DNA of 64,000 nucleotides from Orbicella franksi. Lineage: Eukaryota. Position numbers and translations under genes: made by a program. Numbering within the stretch: the first letter of the stretch is position 1; each line of letters starts with the position of its first letter. Below the pieces are notes generated by a model. That model saw only the letters and a program-made list of their open reading frames with translations, had not been told where the DNA came from and did no database searches. Shown here piece after piece: positions 62,613 to 64,000 of the stretch. Location of the stretch: the NCBI GenBank assembly GCA_964199315.1, contig OZ116698.1, forward strand, positions 29,822,001-29,886,000. Reading direction: 5' to 3'.

Positions 62613-63460
62613 TTACTGAGAGCATAAGGAAGTGATATTAGAGAGTTTATTTGGATCTGTTCTTGTGAAACAATACTCCGACAGATCAGTTATTGTGAGG
62701 CAGTGCCGTCGGAAGGAAGGTTCCACTACGAGTCCAAGCAAGCCAGCGATTAAAATCCCCATGCCCGTGGCTACAGCTACAAACCCCAGAACAAATTCCC
62801 GCAGGGGGAACTCGTACGAATTAGTAAACACCTGCAGCACATTAGCGTACATAATTCCGATGATGAGACCAGCCAAGAATGAAATAAACAGCAGTATTGT
62901 TACACTGGGAAGGAAACGGTACCAGGCGGCAAAAAGACAGAACACAAGAATACTAACTTCTATCACAGTCAAGAGCCATAACTTTCGAATCATGACTTTG
63001 GGAAGGAATTCTTGTTTGATCAACGAAACGAAAGCGAGGTATGATCTACCGATGAATTCTCCCAAGAGAAATAACGTAATGTAGTACTGGTAATGATCCC
63101 GAGGGGGGAAGGGTGAGTTTGGAAATGCGTACGTCGTGATAACACCTTGGGTGACTAAGAACTCGGACATCCACGAAATCACCACGCAAAGGATTGTTGG
63201 AAGAATCTGTTTTATGGCTTGTAGCTTCTGTGCTGTTGTCAGCAGGGGTGGGGAGGGTTCGTCTTGTTTATTCTCTGTACTTTTGGTTTGGTCAACTGTT
63301 TCGTATTGTACATAGTCGAAGGGTAACTGTCCTGGTTTTCTTGTTGTTGGTTTGCTGTGCTTTCTCTCCATCAGCCAGTAGAATATCAAATAAAGAACAA
63401 CAAGCCCAGCTACTGTCACTGTTGTAGTCTCGGAGGACACACAAAACCACGTTGTCATGG
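62613..63460 (-). CDS. Battenin/CLN3-family transporter-like protein, last exon (gene continues beyond the window)
   Basis: Acceptor ttttttgtgtacag| at 63461, phase 1, open to TAA at 62613. Several hydrophobic helices. SEFLVTQGV...FP.SPFPPRDHYQYY..LFLLGEFIGRS resembles CLN3 AEYFINQG...QYRWY..LYQAGVFASRS. Confidence 0.75.
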
Positions 63461-64000
63461 CTGTACACAAAAAAGAAGACAACTTTAAGAGTAACTCAGA
63501 ACTGTTTAGTTTTAGATTCTGAAAATGAGAATAAGTAATACAAAATTCGGGAAAGAATTGAGATTGCCGGTGATGGGTACTTTCCGAAAAAGAAAGTATG
63601 GAATATTTGCAGCGAACAGGATTGTGGAGGTCAACGAGGTTGGAGAGTGGATCACTCCAAAAACGTATTTAGAGGACTAACTATACAACGTACAAATATA
63701 GCTAAGATACCGTGTTTATCCTGGAACACAAACGAAGACTGAAAAATAGCAATTTCAAATGAAAGCTGTAACTTTTCTGTTATGTATAAAATGCAAGAAA
63801 AAAGCCATTACCCAATGTAATAAAGTGAGGTTAAGTGTCTTAAATGGTTACGGTTATTTGGAACTACTCTATGAAGGATTGATGACTCAGAAAAACGGTT
63901 GCAGTCGAGTATTTAATAATTTGCATGAACAACAGATGAAGGAGTGGAGAGTCAATTCCAATCCCTCGCACAAAAAAACAGGGAAAGCAGAGAGGAATCG

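Noticed and set aside
62632-63427. + strand ORFs 62632-63084 and 63194-63427
   Set aside because: Antisense shadows of the battenin-like exon.

Overview
AT-rich, intron-rich eukaryotic DNA. The gene structures and repeat types suggest a cnidarian, probably a stony coral (inference). Reconstructed genes: SERINC (- strand, 13 coding exons, about 444 aa) and NAA35/MAK10 (+ strand, 29 coding exons, about 749 aa, two GC-AG introns), head-to-head across about 0.94 kb. Also present are the last exon of a battenin/CLN3-like gene, tail-to-tail with NAA35, and a tandem pair of C2H2 zinc-finger paralogues (one intact, one pseudogene) whose fingers carry Cys in place of the conserved helix Leu. Mobile DNA: a structurally complete but decayed DIRS1-type retrotransposon in a SERINC intron, an Ngaro-like remnant, a 5'-truncated R4/Dong-like LINE in an (AAT)n microsatellite, LINE 3' fragments, tRNA-derived SINEs, and many non-autonomous DNA elements with 2-, 3-, 4-, 6-, 8- and 9-bp target-site duplications (TSDs). 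No CRISPR array, rRNA or true tRNA gene was seen. All coordinates and alignments were read by eye; family assignments come from recalled motifs, not database searches.
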